Shown here in pieces: positions 30,254 through 40,483 of a stretch of 64,000 nt of DNA. Within the stretch, counting starts at the first letter, position 1; each line of letters opens with the position of its first letter. A program made the translations under genes and the position numbers. The stretch lies in NCBI GenBank assembly GCA_019057385.1, contig JAHQJS010000007.1:320001-384000 (forward strand), read 5' to 3'. This DNA comes from Candidatus Borrarchaeum weybense. GTDB taxonomy: Archaea; Asgardarchaeota; Sifarchaeia; Borrarchaeales; Borrarchaeaceae. The notes under the pieces were generated by a model that was given only the letters and a program-made list of their open reading frames with translations, was not told the DNA's origin and did no database searches.

Positions 30254-31441
30254 ATGCGAAATAGAAAGATCCTAATGATTCCAGGCCCTTCTGAGGCTCA
30301 TCCTGATGTTTTAAATGTATTATCACAACCAGTTATGCCCCATTATGGAAATGAATGGGGGGACATATATGAAGATACTTGCCAACAACTCAAAAAAATC
30401 TTCAACACAAAACAATCAGTTATTATTCTTGCTGGACCTGGAGGCTTAGGTTTAGAACTGTCTGTTGCAAACTTAATTGAACCAGGCGATAAAGCAATTG
30501 TTGTCCATAATGGGTTTTTTGGAGAACTATATGGACGAGTAGTTGAATTATACGAAAGTATGCCTGTTGTCACAACAAGAAATTATGGAGAGGCCGCTGA
30601 TGTTAATTCAATAAAGGAAAAGTGTGAGCAAGAAGATATTAAAGCAATTTTCCTGGTTCATAATGAAACATCAACAGCTGTAGCAAATCCAGTGAAAGAA
30701 ATAGGTGAGATAGCAAAAAAGAATGGTATATTGTATGCTGTTGATGCAATTTCATCTTTTGGAGGAATGGAGCTTCGATGTGACGATTGGAACATTGATG
30801 TATGCGTAGGCTATGCAAGTAAAGCGCTAGGCAGCATTATGGGCGTTACTCCAGTGATGCTCAGTGAAAAAACATGGGAAGTAGCTAAAAACAGAAAACA
30901 GCCCATTAGAGGTAGATATTTGAATCTCAATGTATGGGAGGAATACATAGAAGAATTGACAGAAATAGGGCATCCATTTCCTGCATCAGTGCCAACTTCA
31001 GTAGTACTGGCACTAAGAAAAGCAATTGAATTAGCGCTAGAAGAAGGACTTGAGAATAGATATAAGAGGCACGCAATTTCAGCTAAAGCCGTTCGCGCAG
31101 GAATTCGAGCACTTGGTTTACAATGTCTGCCAAAAGAAGAAATCGCTTCTGACACGGTTACAGCCTTCAGATTACCAGATGAATTAAATGAAGACGAGGT
31201 TAGAAGAATCATTAACGGGAAGTATAATATCATGGTTTCTCTCATGAAAAATCTAATTGGTCTTAATGGCATTAGAATTGGACATATGGGTGTGACTGCC
31301 TCACAGTTTTATGTGATACCTACTCTAGCCGCTTTAGAACAAACTCTCTCTTCACTTGGTTTTAAAACAAAACCTGGGTCTGCAGTTATAGCAGCAATGG
31401 AAGTATATGGACAACACAACGCAATACAACAAGCAAAATGA
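30254..31441 (+). CDS. Class V PLP aminotransferase (alanine/serine-glyoxylate type)
   Basis: 'LMIPGP', 'VHNETST', 'VDAISS.GG', 'SKAL', 'RIGHMG'. Confidence 0.9.
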   Translation: MRNRKILMIPGPSEAHPDVLNVLSQPVMPHYGNEWGDIYEDTCQQLKKIFNTKQSVIILAGPGGLGLELSVANLIEPGDKAIVVHNGFFGELYGRVVELYESMPVVTTRNYGEAADVNSIKEKCEQEDIKAIFLVHNETSTAVANPVKEIGEIAKKNGILYAVDAISSFGGMELRCDDWNIDVCVGYASKALGSIMGVTPVMLSEKTWEVAKNRKQPIRGRYLNLNVWEEYIEELTEIGHPFPASVPTSVVLALRKAIELALEEGLENRYKRHAISAKAVRAGIRALGLQCLPKEEIASDTVTAFRLPDELNEDEVRRIINGKYNIMVSLMKNLIGLNGIRIGHMGVTASQFYVIPTLAALEQTLSSLGFKTKPGSAVIAAMEVYGQHNAIQQAK

Positions 31442-31558
31442 AAAAAATAAGGACATAGAAGTCTAGGTTACCGTGAAGTCGTGATAGTAAGTTATTTGTC
31501 TATTATCTGTTGGATTCATTCCTGTTATTTATAAACTCTGAAGATCTGTTTAATGTAC

Positions 31559-32047
31559 TCAACTGAGTTCAAAATCTATTTGACAAATTTCTGCTGGGCG
31601 TAAAGCGATGCGCTTAACTTGAGGGCTCTTACCAGTCACTAAATTGATTGCACCTCGTAGTATTCCTCCTACTGGACAGGCAGTATGCCCCTCAAGGTCA
31701 TAACCACCAACTCGTCGTGGACAAATAAGACATTGCTGAACTGCAATATGAGCGGAGTTATTGTCAAAGGAAATTTCGAGATCCTCTGCAATTCGTACCT
31801 CGTCAAGGACACTTTCAATGACTTCACTCTTAGAAGAATTGGTATTAATTTTCTTTTGATTTAACAATTCTTTGGCAACTTCTTGCCCCATCCAAGTTGC
31901 TAACACATCCATGGAACCCTGTGGGCCAAAATCAGGACTTAAAATATGAGTTCTTGACTTGACGAGTCCGACTCCTAAGCCTATAACCATCCGATTTAAG
32001 AAATTCCTGCTGTAATCCTTCCTTCGAAAGAACCTAAATAAATCCAT
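31559..32047 (-). CDS. V4R-like (TRAPP Bet3 / H-NOX superfamily) domain protein
   Basis: 'WMGQEVAKE', 'VQQCLIC', 'CPVGGILRGAI', C-terminal 'CQIDF'. Confidence 0.65.
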   Translation of the reverse strand: MDLFRFFRRKDYSRNFLNRMVIGLGVGLVKSRTHILSPDFGPQGSMDVLATWMGQEVAKELLNQKKINTNSSKSEVIESVLDEVRIAEDLEISFDNNSAHIAVQQCLICPRRVGGYDLEGHTACPVGGILRGAINLVTGKSPQVKRIALRPAEICQIDFELS

Positions 32048-32062
32048 GAAATAATACTCTCC

Positions 32063-32722
32063 TTAAAGTTTTTTAATTAATCCGTCATTTACATAACGTT
32101 CGCAAATTGATTGTAGTTGTGGAATGTCAATTCGTTCTCCAAGCATTTCTTCAAAGGTAGCTATCCGTTGTCTTAGATGACGCAATGAAAGTGTTCCAGC
32201 ATCACAAAGTACTCGGAGAATTGTTTTGTCTAATATGAAAGAGGTTTTTTCCCTTTCTTTAACTTCATCATAAGTATAAAGGGCTTGATAGTGAGGTTCT
32301 CCACTCTGGAGCACTATTTTACGTGCCCTTGCATTCCATTCTTGTAATAGTTCATGTCCTATTTGCTGGTAATTTTCATTTAAACTTCTAGAAGTTACAA
32401 GTCCACTAGAATGTTTTTCTAGGCAAACAATCGCAAATTTCTCACTCATTTCGTTGAGGCATGACTCTGCAATTTCATGAGGGACACTCATAGTGGTAAC
32501 AAGCACGAATGTGCGACTTTTATTTGTATCGCGGAGAAGATAGAGTTGTTTTTCACGAAATTCAAGTCGTGATAATATATTGCCTTGCCAATAAGTCGAA
32601 CTGACTTCATCTATTGCCGACATGATTCCAGCGGCCATAGTATCATTCCACATAGCATCAGGAGATCTTGCTTGACAAAGGGGCACTCCAGTCTCATCTA
32701 GGACTAAAAAAACGTCAATCAG
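32063..32722 (-). CDS. Longin-like domain protein with C-terminal winged-helix-like domain (probable CTG start)
   Basis: Frame extends 12 codons above the called GTG to CTG 32722, 8 nt after GAGGAGG; 'IDVFLVLDETGVPL', 'MAAGIMSAIDEVS', 'TFVLVT'. Confidence 0.6.
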   Translation of the reverse strand: MIDVFLVLDETGVPLCQARSPDAMWNDTMAAGIMSAIDEVSSTYWQGNILSRLEFREKQLYLLRDTNKSRTFVLVTTMSVPHEIAESCLNEMSEKFAIVCLEKHSSGLVTSRSLNENYQQIGHELLQEWNARARKIVLQSGEPHYQALYTYDEVKEREKTSFILDKTILRVLCDAGTLSLRHLRQRIATFEEMLGERIDIPQLQSICERYVNDGLIKKL

Positions 32723-33076
32723 ATCTATAACCTCCTCTAGTTACCGCACCCAAAGGTAAGATAAAAATCTTCTGGTAAATTGCTTCTCATTTCAAACCTA
32801 ATTTGTGCTAAGATAACTCTAGGAAAACGTTTTAAGGTAGTAAGGCATTTTCCTCTTCATTCGTTACTTAGTTAAGACAATACTAATATTCCAGGTATTT
32901 TCAATATCTAAGATACAATAGACAATTGAGTTTTTTATTCTACAAATTTATGTCGGAGTAAGTGAATTATTGAAAGAACAAAAACCAAAAATCATTGATA
33001 TTAATCGCAAAATTTTTTGAATAGTCTACTTAAATACCATGAAGTTAAAGTAATACAAAATTTCAGTTTTTCCAAT

Positions 33077-33796
33077 TCATATATCAGAAAAATCTCGAAG
33101 TGTCAATAAGACTTCTAGTGAACGAAACATATCTTCAGAAACGCCAAATCTTAATAAATCTCTCCATATTCTAACCATTTTGAAACCCAATTTTTTTGAT
33201 GATTCGAAAGCATCATGTTCATCATTTTCCCTAAACTGCCACCTAATTTGATTAAAAAGTGTTTGATAGGCTTTTTTAAGTTCTCTGGTTTTAATTTTTT
33301 GTGCGTCTTTCGTTTCTAAATCACAAATAATCTTATCGCTCGTTTTATCAGAGATTAATTTAAAATTGTTATATATATTAGTTTGTGGTTTTAACTTATT
33401 TAGAATTTCTTCTAAAATTGAGCTAACTTGTTTCATTGTTGCCAGTTTTATACTTTTAAAATAGAAAATATACTCATTAATTAGCCACTCATAGAACATT
33501 TTAATGTCTTGCTTGAGTTCTATTTCATCTTTTAAGTCTGGTAAAGCACTTGATTTTAGATTTTCTAATGAGAGATCAGTATGAAATAATTTTGAACCCT
33601 CTGTTCCCCTGTGTGCAAGATCTGCGTCGAAATAACTAAGTACAGCATGAATTTCTTCATTTTCTTTGCATTTGTGAAGAAATATACCAGAATACAGTCC
33701 TCCTCCCCTGGGATGTAATTGTTCTTTCTTAATAGGATGTTTGATTGTAGTTTTACATATTTCACAATACTCTGAAAAAATCTTTTGTTTAGACAT
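33077..33796 (-). CDS. Hypothetical protein with N-terminal CxxC..GGL..H..H putative Zn-binding domain
   Basis: 'YCEICK...GGGLYSGIFLHKC...H...FDADLAHR'; ATG overlaps the GTPase stop (TAATG). Confidence 0.65.
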   Translation of the reverse strand: MSKQKIFSEYCEICKTTIKHPIKKEQLHPRGGGLYSGIFLHKCKENEEIHAVLSYFDADLAHRGTEGSKLFHTDLSLENLKSSALPDLKDEIELKQDIKMFYEWLINEYIFYFKSIKLATMKQVSSILEEILNKLKPQTNIYNNFKLISDKTSDKIICDLETKDAQKIKTRELKKAYQTLFNQIRWQFRENDEHDAFESSKKLGFKMVRIWRDLLRFGVSEDMFRSLEVLLTLRDFSDI

Positions 33797-34344
33797 TATC
33801 CTGTCACCCTGCTATAAATCGCATTCAATAGTTGAGTAAATACGTTTTCAACGTTTTCTCCAGTTTTAGAACTTGTTTTAATAAGCGAGTTAGCCGATAG
33901 ATCGTATATTTTTATGAATTCCAAAAGCTGTTCATCATTTATTGCTTCGGCACCCATTTCCTTAACAAGATCTAGTTTTGATCCCATAAACATAAGATCT
34001 GTATTGTCAATTTTCTCTCTGATAATATCATACCATTCATGGAGATTAAATAAACTAGAGATTCGTGTAAGATCAAAAGCAAATATTATCCCTTGTGCCC
34101 CCTCACAATAACTGGGTAAAATAAATCGAAATCTTTTTTCACCCCCGAAGTCCCACACTTGAAGTGTAACCATAATATTTTCACGTATTTTTTTTTCAAA
34201 AAGATAAAAAGATGTACCGATAGTCTTCTTTGTGTCTTCAACAAACTTTTTGGTAGCGTATCTATTTATAAATGTCGTCTTTCCAACGCCTCCTTCTCCT
34301 ACGACAAGTATTTTGAATATATAGGTTTTTTTTTCGCTCTCCAA
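33796..34344 (-). CDS. Rab-like small GTPase
   Basis: G1 GEGGVGKT, G2 TIG, G3 WDFGG, G4 SKLD, G5 TSSK. Confidence 0.9.
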   Translation of the reverse strand: MESEKKTYIFKILVVGEGGVGKTTFINRYATKKFVEDTKKTIGTSFYLFEKKIRENIMVTLQVWDFGGEKRFRFILPSYCEGAQGIIFAFDLTRISSLFNLHEWYDIIREKIDNTDLMFMGSKLDLVKEMGAEAINDEQLLEFIKIYDLSANSLIKTSSKTGENVENVFTQLLNAIYSRVTG

Positions 34345-34577
34345 AGATTTCTACCTCTACAGTTACAGTTGGCTACTCCTTCTTTAATTTTGATTATCAT
34401 AAGATCTTTGACGACACCGTCATATATATTTTTTATGCTGTTATTGCAGCACTCGACGTCAAAACAAATCTTAAAATTCTTCAATACCAATCAAGTTTAC
34501 AAACGTAGCCACAATTAATTTAAGTCTGTTAGCTAGAATAAATTGATAAACTTTTAGATCATATGGACGGATTTTTT

Positions 34578-35669
34578 ATGAGTATTCCTAAAGAAGAATT
34601 CAGTGAAAGGGTTGCGAAAGCGAAGAAAATGATAGAAAAAAGCGATTTAGGATATCTAATTGTTTCTTCTGTACCGGATATGACCTATCTCTCTAATTAT
34701 ACTCTATACACTGGGGCTGCGAGTGTCCTTATTCCAAAGGAAAACGAACCTGTGCTTTTGATAGATCAAGATTGGGACCTCTTAAGAGCTAAAGAAATCT
34801 CAGGTATTTCAGACACACAAGCTACTTCAGACCTAAAGGTTGGTGTTCCAGAGATTCTTAAAAATACCTATGTTGACGGTAAAATCGGGATTGTTGGCTG
34901 GAGCAATTTCCCTACTCCTCTCTACTTAGCCATCAAAAATAAATTTCCAAATGTAGAATTTATAGACGCAACAGATATTATAAGAACCTTAAGGATGATA
35001 AAAAGTCCTGCTGAGATATCATGCTTAAAAAATGCAGCAAGAATAACAGATGCTGGTGCAAAAACAGTCACCGAAGCTTTAGAGATAGGTAAAACAGAAC
35101 TTGAAATAGTGCTCCAAGCAGAAGCCACTATGAAATTAGCAGGTGCTCGTGAACTGTCATTTCCGACAGTTCTTGGATCAGGAGATAGAACAGAGTTAAT
35201 TGTTCCTCAGCCAACGGAAAAGAAGATAGAAATGAATGACCTCATTCTAATGGATCTTGGAGGTAGATATAATGGATATTGCGCAGATATTTCAAGAACA
35301 AAGATCGTTGGAACCCCAACTCAAGAACAGAAGGATCTCTTTGAAGTCGTGCTACAAATGCATAAAGAGGCTATTGAGACAGTGAAACCCGGGGTTAAGG
35401 CCTTTGAGGTGCACGAAGTTGGAAAACAGGTTGCACAAGAAGCCGGCTATGGAGAATATGTTGTGCATCTAATAGGACATGGTTTGGGGCTAGAAGAACA
35501 CGAACCCCCCATACTTGAAACGGAAGAAACTGAACTAGTTCCAGGAATAGTTCATTCGATCGAGCCAGGCCTTTATATACCAGGGGTCGGTGGGATAAGG
35601 GTTGAGGATACGGTTTTAGTGACTGAAACTGGTTGCAAATTATTAACTTCATTTGACAGAGATCTTTGA
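34578..35669 (+). CDS. Xaa-Pro aminopeptidase (M24B family)
   Basis: 'RMIKSPAEI', 'DLGGRYNGYCADISRT', 'HLIGHGLGLEEHE', 'IEPGLY', 'GIRVED'. Confidence 0.92.
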   Translation: MSIPKEEFSERVAKAKKMIEKSDLGYLIVSSVPDMTYLSNYTLYTGAASVLIPKENEPVLLIDQDWDLLRAKEISGISDTQATSDLKVGVPEILKNTYVDGKIGIVGWSNFPTPLYLAIKNKFPNVEFIDATDIIRTLRMIKSPAEISCLKNAARITDAGAKTVTEALEIGKTELEIVLQAEATMKLAGARELSFPTVLGSGDRTELIVPQPTEKKIEMNDLILMDLGGRYNGYCADISRTKIVGTPTQEQKDLFEVVLQMHKEAIETVKPGVKAFEVHEVGKQVAQEAGYGEYVVHLIGHGLGLEEHEPPILETEETELVPGIVHSIEPGLYIPGVGGIRVEDTVLVTETGCKLLTSFDRDL

Positions 35670-35750
35670 ATTTCAGATGACACTCCCAATAATTAAAAAG
35701 GTATAGATGTACATGTAAAACCCAGTCTATCCAATTCGAGAGGTGAGTAA

Positions 35751-36050
35751 ATGTCTGAACATCCTTTAAAGATTATTGAAACGCTCGATCCAGAACTTCA
35801 CAAACTTGTACAAAATACTGCTGAATTTGCTCTTGAGGATGGTGCATTACCTCAGAAGTTTAAATTTCTTCTTGCGATGGCTCTAGATGCAGCTCATGGT
35901 GCAGTTCGAGGGGTAAAATTTTTAGCTCGAGCAGCAATGCAATCAGGTGCGACAAAAGAAGAGGTTATGGAAACATTACGTGTCACTCATTATGTTAGTG
36001 GTGCAGGGAGTATCTACACGGCAGCACAAGCACTAGGAGAGTTATTTTAA
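35751..36050 (+). CDS. Carboxymuconolactone decarboxylase/AhpD-like protein
   Basis: 'GALPQKFKFLLAMALDA', 'GATKEEVMETL'; GAGGTGA SD. Confidence 0.85.
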   Translation: MSEHPLKIIETLDPELHKLVQNTAEFALEDGALPQKFKFLLAMALDAAHGAVRGVKFLARAAMQSGATKEEVMETLRVTHYVSGAGSIYTAAQALGELF

Positions 36051-36109
36051 CCAAAAAATTTACCGAGCGCTTGTTTTCACCCTTTTTGAAAGCAATAAAG
36101 GTGAATGGT

Positions 36110-36146
36110 TTGCATGTTGATACTCACATTCATGCTGACGGGATGA
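36110..36146 (+). pseudogene. 5' remnant of a TatD-like gene, cut at the element junction
   Basis: AGGTGA SD + TTG; encodes MHVDTHIHADGM versus MNLIDTHIHVDGM in 36432..37202. Confidence 0.65.
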
Positions 36147-36420
36147 GTAAACTACCTCATGCTTAAGCATTAAGGCTTATAGCTATACTTAGGATCAATC
36201 CTCTTCCTAACAGAAGAGTTTCAACGTCATCATACGCTAAATAATGGGGGCGTTTACAAGACCCCAGCCCAGTAATCCTCATATAGAGTCGGGCTATACA
36301 TGTTTACTCATCACCATCATTAAGGTCATAAACCGTTTCCACTTCTATGAGAGGTGTGCCTTGAGACCACTTTCTTATACCCACGAAGACTTATTTAAAA
36401 TAGGAGAGACCTTCCTAAAA
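36147..36420 (-). mobile_element. Degenerate IS200/IS605 right end with TnpB-type omegaRNA-like sequence (left end not recognisable, boundary approximate)
   Basis: Minus strand ends '...AAGCCTTAATGCTTAAGCATGAGGTAGTTTAC'; upstream hairpins GGGGTC..GCCCC and CTCTTC..GAAGAG. Confidence 0.6.
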
Positions 36421-36431
36421 GTGAAAACATC

Positions 36432-37202
36432 ATGAATCTTATTGACACCCACATACACGTAGACGGAATGAGTGAAGATGAACTGAGAGAAATGGTTTCT
36501 AATGGTATAACACGCGCAATCACTTGTGCTTATTTTCCCATTGAACCAAATTACACTCAAACCCTAATTGATTTGTTCACAAGGCTTATCGACTACGATG
36601 TGCCTAAAACCCGGGAGTGGGGCTTAGATCTATACGCTGCGATAGGAATTCATCCTCGTTCCATTCCAAAAGCCGGCTTTGACCAGATAATTGAGGTTAT
36701 GAAAACCTTATATAAACATGAATTTGTAGTTGCCTTTGGTGAAACAGGTCTACAATTAGGTTCAAACAAAGAAATTGATGCTTTAAAATCACAACTCGAA
36801 CTAGCAAAAGATTGTGACTTTCCTATAATAGTCCACACTCCAAGTGCCAACAAACTCAAAGTTACAGAAAAAACTTTACCTATAATTGATAAAATTCGAA
36901 TCAATCCCGAATTAGTAGTATTAGATCATGTTAATGACGAAACAATGTCTAAAGTGGATAAATCTGGTTATAACGTAGGACTTACAGTACAATCTGGTAA
37001 ATTACTACCAGAAACGGCCGCTGAGTTGATTATTCAATATGCTGATAGTAATATTATCGTGCTAAATAGCGACAATGGATTTCGTAAGTGTAATATCACG
37101 AGTGTTGCACAGACGATTGAAAGTCTAAAATCTCATGGAGTTGAAAAAAAACTTCTAGAAAGAATATCTCATAAGAATGCTGAAAAAATCTTCAAATTTT
37201 AA
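36432..37202 (+). CDS. TatD-family metal-dependent hydrolase
   Basis: 'IDTHIH', 'GIHP', 'FGETGL', 'IVHTP', 'LDH', 'NSD'. Confidence 0.9.
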   Translation: MNLIDTHIHVDGMSEDELREMVSNGITRAITCAYFPIEPNYTQTLIDLFTRLIDYDVPKTREWGLDLYAAIGIHPRSIPKAGFDQIIEVMKTLYKHEFVVAFGETGLQLGSNKEIDALKSQLELAKDCDFPIIVHTPSANKLKVTEKTLPIIDKIRINPELVVLDHVNDETMSKVDKSGYNVGLTVQSGKLLPETAAELIIQYADSNIIVLNSDNGFRKCNITSVAQTIESLKSHGVEKKLLERISHKNAEKIFKF

Positions 37203-37219
37203 AAACTAGAAGTGCACCG

Positions 37220-37678
37220 TTAGGTTTTCTTTTTTGCGGCTTCTAATCTCCTTTTCACAAGTTCATTGTTAGGATCGATTTCCACTGCCTTCTTTAAACA
37301 TTCAATTTCTTGAGCATGATTTCCTATTTCCCCGTAAGCAACTGCCATATTATACCATGCCCTTTCATGTTGAGGGTTGAGTTCTATTGCTTTTTCACAA
37401 TTTTCGACTACCTTTCTATGATCTCTAAGTGCACCGTAAGCTAATGCCATAGCGTACCATGCCTCTTCTAACTTAGGTGTGATATCTATAACTTTTTGAA
37501 AGCACTCAATAGCTTTATTATGCTCACCAAACATTCCGTAAGCAACACCCATATTGTACCAGACCTTATAGTGTTTTGGATCAATCTTTAACGCTTTTTC
37601 GTATTCACTTATTGCTTTTTGGTATTGATTTTGTTCAAAATACTCATATCCTCTTTTGAAGTAATCGTCTACTGACAT
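37220..37678 (-). CDS. Tetratricopeptide repeat protein
   Basis: Four 34-aa TPR units (WYNMG/WYAMA...A.E.DP). Confidence 0.92.
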   Translation of the reverse strand: MSVDDYFKRGYEYFEQNQYQKAISEYEKALKIDPKHYKVWYNMGVAYGMFGEHNKAIECFQKVIDITPKLEEAWYAMALAYGALRDHRKVVENCEKAIELNPQHERAWYNMAVAYGEIGNHAQEIECLKKAVEIDPNNELVKRRLEAAKKKT

Positions 37679-37691
37679 GGACCTCTCTTCC

Positions 37692-38456
37692 TCAGTGTAC
37701 TCGCCATTTTTTTCGATTAAAAAGTTTTTTGAACCTTCCCTTTTTTTCAGTTCTTGGTTCCATTACTTCTTCTATAACTTCTGAATTACTAGTATTAAGT
37801 TGTTCCATTTCATTCTGATTACTTGAAATTTCTTCAGTTTCAACTTCTAAGTTATCACTTTCGTTAATTAATCCTTTAGGGTTGGATGGGGAGTTCTCCA
37901 CCATTTTAGTGAAACTATCTAACATTAAGGATTCGTGCAGTTTCATTTTATCTGAAACATGCAAAATTCTACCTGATTTTTCTGTAGCATCAGCTTGCAA
38001 CGACATGGAACAACAGGTCTGAAACGAAGGTTTCCCATATTCTGAAATAAATAACCATGCTTCTTGATATGGACTTTTGTCATTTCGTAATTCTAATTGG
38101 CGATCAAACTGAATTCCACCACTCTTTACTCCTTCATGCAGTTCAACGACAATTTCACGAGGATATTCTGATAGAAAATCAACAAATTCTATGAATTCTC
38201 CAACACTCACACGTTTTTCAAGCCGGACTTCTCTAGCGACTTTCAAAGCAAAATCAACTGCTTGCTTCAATTGTTCGATCCCATGTTTTTGATAATACTT
38301 ATAAGCAGTAGCATACGCCTCAATAAAACCTCTTTTCTGAAGAAACTCTTCTACGTGCAATTCGCCAAGCCTGATTTGATTTTGAAGTAACCTAACATGG
38401 GTTTTCCCAAGTCCAGCTATCACGTCTACAGCGTTGCGAAACTCAATTATACTCAT
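37692..38456 (-). CDS. Hypothetical protein with acidic linker and basic C-terminus
   Basis: 254 aa ORF closely linked to the TPR gene; no recognisable family. Confidence 0.6.
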   Translation of the reverse strand: MSIIEFRNAVDVIAGLGKTHVRLLQNQIRLGELHVEEFLQKRGFIEAYATAYKYYQKHGIEQLKQAVDFALKVAREVRLEKRVSVGEFIEFVDFLSEYPREIVVELHEGVKSGGIQFDRQLELRNDKSPYQEAWLFISEYGKPSFQTCCSMSLQADATEKSGRILHVSDKMKLHESLMLDSFTKMVENSPSNPKGLINESDNLEVETEEISSNQNEMEQLNTSNSEVIEEVMEPRTEKKGRFKKLFNRKKWRVH

Positions 38457-39182
38457 ATCTAGATCACTTGATTCTTCTTAAGAAAGGCACTACTTCGTTG
38501 TATTTTAATATTTTTAGAACAATTATCACTTGCTAGAATCAAACAAAATCAGAATTTTAGGATGAGAAGTTTTTTAACAAGGTCTTGGAGAAAAAAATAC
38601 TTGTATATCCTTTTTTTTGATTAAGGAAATAAAAAATAAAAACATGGTGACATTATCTGCGTTCTTTAGTAGACTAGACTTAACAACATCCAGCACATTT
38701 GGATACAGCTGACATTCTTCTTTTTGCTTTTTTCAAAATAATCACCTTTGAAGTAACAAGGATTTTTTTTTAAAAAGAATTTCGATTAAGGTAAAGCAAG
38801 CCAATGACTCTTGAAAACTAAATGAAGATATCATTTAAAATTCAATTTTCAAAAGTGTTGGCAGGAGTTTTTTAAGAATTTAAAAAGCTAAGAAAACTAA
38901 TCTTAAATAAAACTATCATTTAAAGAAATCATTTTTCATTTCTACCGCTAAGACTATTCAAATTATTGTCATAATCTATAATATAGCATTACCAAATAGG
39001 TTAGTTTTATATACTTATCGATCCATATCAATATATAGATATAAAAAAGGTATAGTTTGTGGGAACGTCATTTCCTGAAAATTACATACTGATGATCTGA
39101 TTTTCGTGAAGTATTTCGTGTCTATTAGCTCATATGCTCATCGTTAAACCTATACAGAAAACTAATATTAGGGGAATAAAAA

Positions 39183-40145
39183 ATGAGTGATATAGAGATT
39201 GAAAGAAGAACTAAAACTAATGAAGACATCAGCTTCTGTAGGGAAATTCGCTGTAATGAATGTGGCTCACTTAATGTTGTTTGTGATGATACTCGGGGAG
39301 AGATCATTTGTAATGACTGTGGATTGGTTATTGAAGAACATATGGTTGATACAGGGCCAGAATGGCGTAGCTACACGGCGGAAGAACGAAAAAAGAGAGA
39401 CCGTGTAGGCAGCCCCATGAATTATTCTATACATGATAAAGGCTTGTCCACAATTATTGGTCCAGAAAATAGAGATAGTTATGGAAACAATCTGGCACCT
39501 CGTCGACGAGCAGAAATCTATAGATTGAGAAAGTGGCAACGACGTACTAGAACGCACAGTTCAAGGGACCGAAACCTCATACAAGCTCTTAGTGAATTAG
39601 ATCGCCTAGCAAGTCAAATGGGCATTCCAAAATCCATTAAAGAAGAAGCAGCCATTATTTATCGAAAAGCATTAGAAAAAAAGATGAGTAGAAGCACTTC
39701 AATAGAATCCTTGGTTGCTGCTTCGCTTTATGCAGCCTGTAGAATTAGACAAATCCCCCGTACTCTTGATGAAATTGCAGAAAAGTCACATATTAGTAAA
39801 AAACAACTGGGACAAGCGTTTCGATTACTTGCAAGAAGAGTTAACATGTCTATTCCGTTAAGTACACCAATAGACTTTATCCCAAGATTTGCTAATGACC
39901 TAGGTCTCTCAGTAAGTGTATCTAGCAGAGCTAAAAAACTTCTGAAAAAAGCAAAAGAGGCAGGTATTACCGCAGGCAAAGATCCAACTGGAATGGCCGC
40001 TGCCGCGCTCTATATTGCTGGAATATTAGAAGATGAAAGAAGAACACAGCGAGAAATTGCGCGGGTAGCACGAGTCACCGAAGTTACAGTTCGAAATCGA
40101 TATAAAGAGCTAGTAAAGTATCTCCAGATTGCAGTTGCAACATAA
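39183..40145 (+). CDS. tfb: Transcription initiation factor IIB
   Basis: Zn ribbon CNEC...CNDC, 'DTGPEWRSY', two cyclin repeats, 'VTEVTVRNRYKEL'. Confidence 0.97.
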   Translation: MSDIEIERRTKTNEDISFCREIRCNECGSLNVVCDDTRGEIICNDCGLVIEEHMVDTGPEWRSYTAEERKKRDRVGSPMNYSIHDKGLSTIIGPENRDSYGNNLAPRRRAEIYRLRKWQRRTRTHSSRDRNLIQALSELDRLASQMGIPKSIKEEAAIIYRKALEKKMSRSTSIESLVAASLYAACRIRQIPRTLDEIAEKSHISKKQLGQAFRLLARRVNMSIPLSTPIDFIPRFANDLGLSVSVSSRAKKLLKKAKEAGITAGKDPTGMAAAALYIAGILEDERRTQREIARVARVTEVTVRNRYKELVKYLQIAVAT

Positions 40146-40483
40146 AACTCCTACAGAAGCTTTACTCTTTTTTTAACTGAATTTTTTCTTATACTGAACT
40201 GATTTCACTTTTTAAAATTCTCTTTCAACATTTAAGTTGAAAAAAATTGACTTTTTTTGCGTTAAATTATACCAACGATATGTTTATGCTTAAGAACTAA
40301 CAGAAAGTTATGAATTTGTTAACTCTTTTTTGATTGATAAATATCATCACTTGTTTTACTTTTTGCTTAATGCTGTTAATTGACTTAGAAATTAAACTAA
40401 TAATAGAAATACTTTTACTTTCACCGATCTCTCTATATTTAAAATACAAGATTTTACAAGTATATGTGAGATAGGTGATTATT

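Noticed and set aside
36078-36091. CACCCTTTTTGAAA repeated at 48882-48895
   Set aside because: Single low-complexity 14-mer match with no shared context
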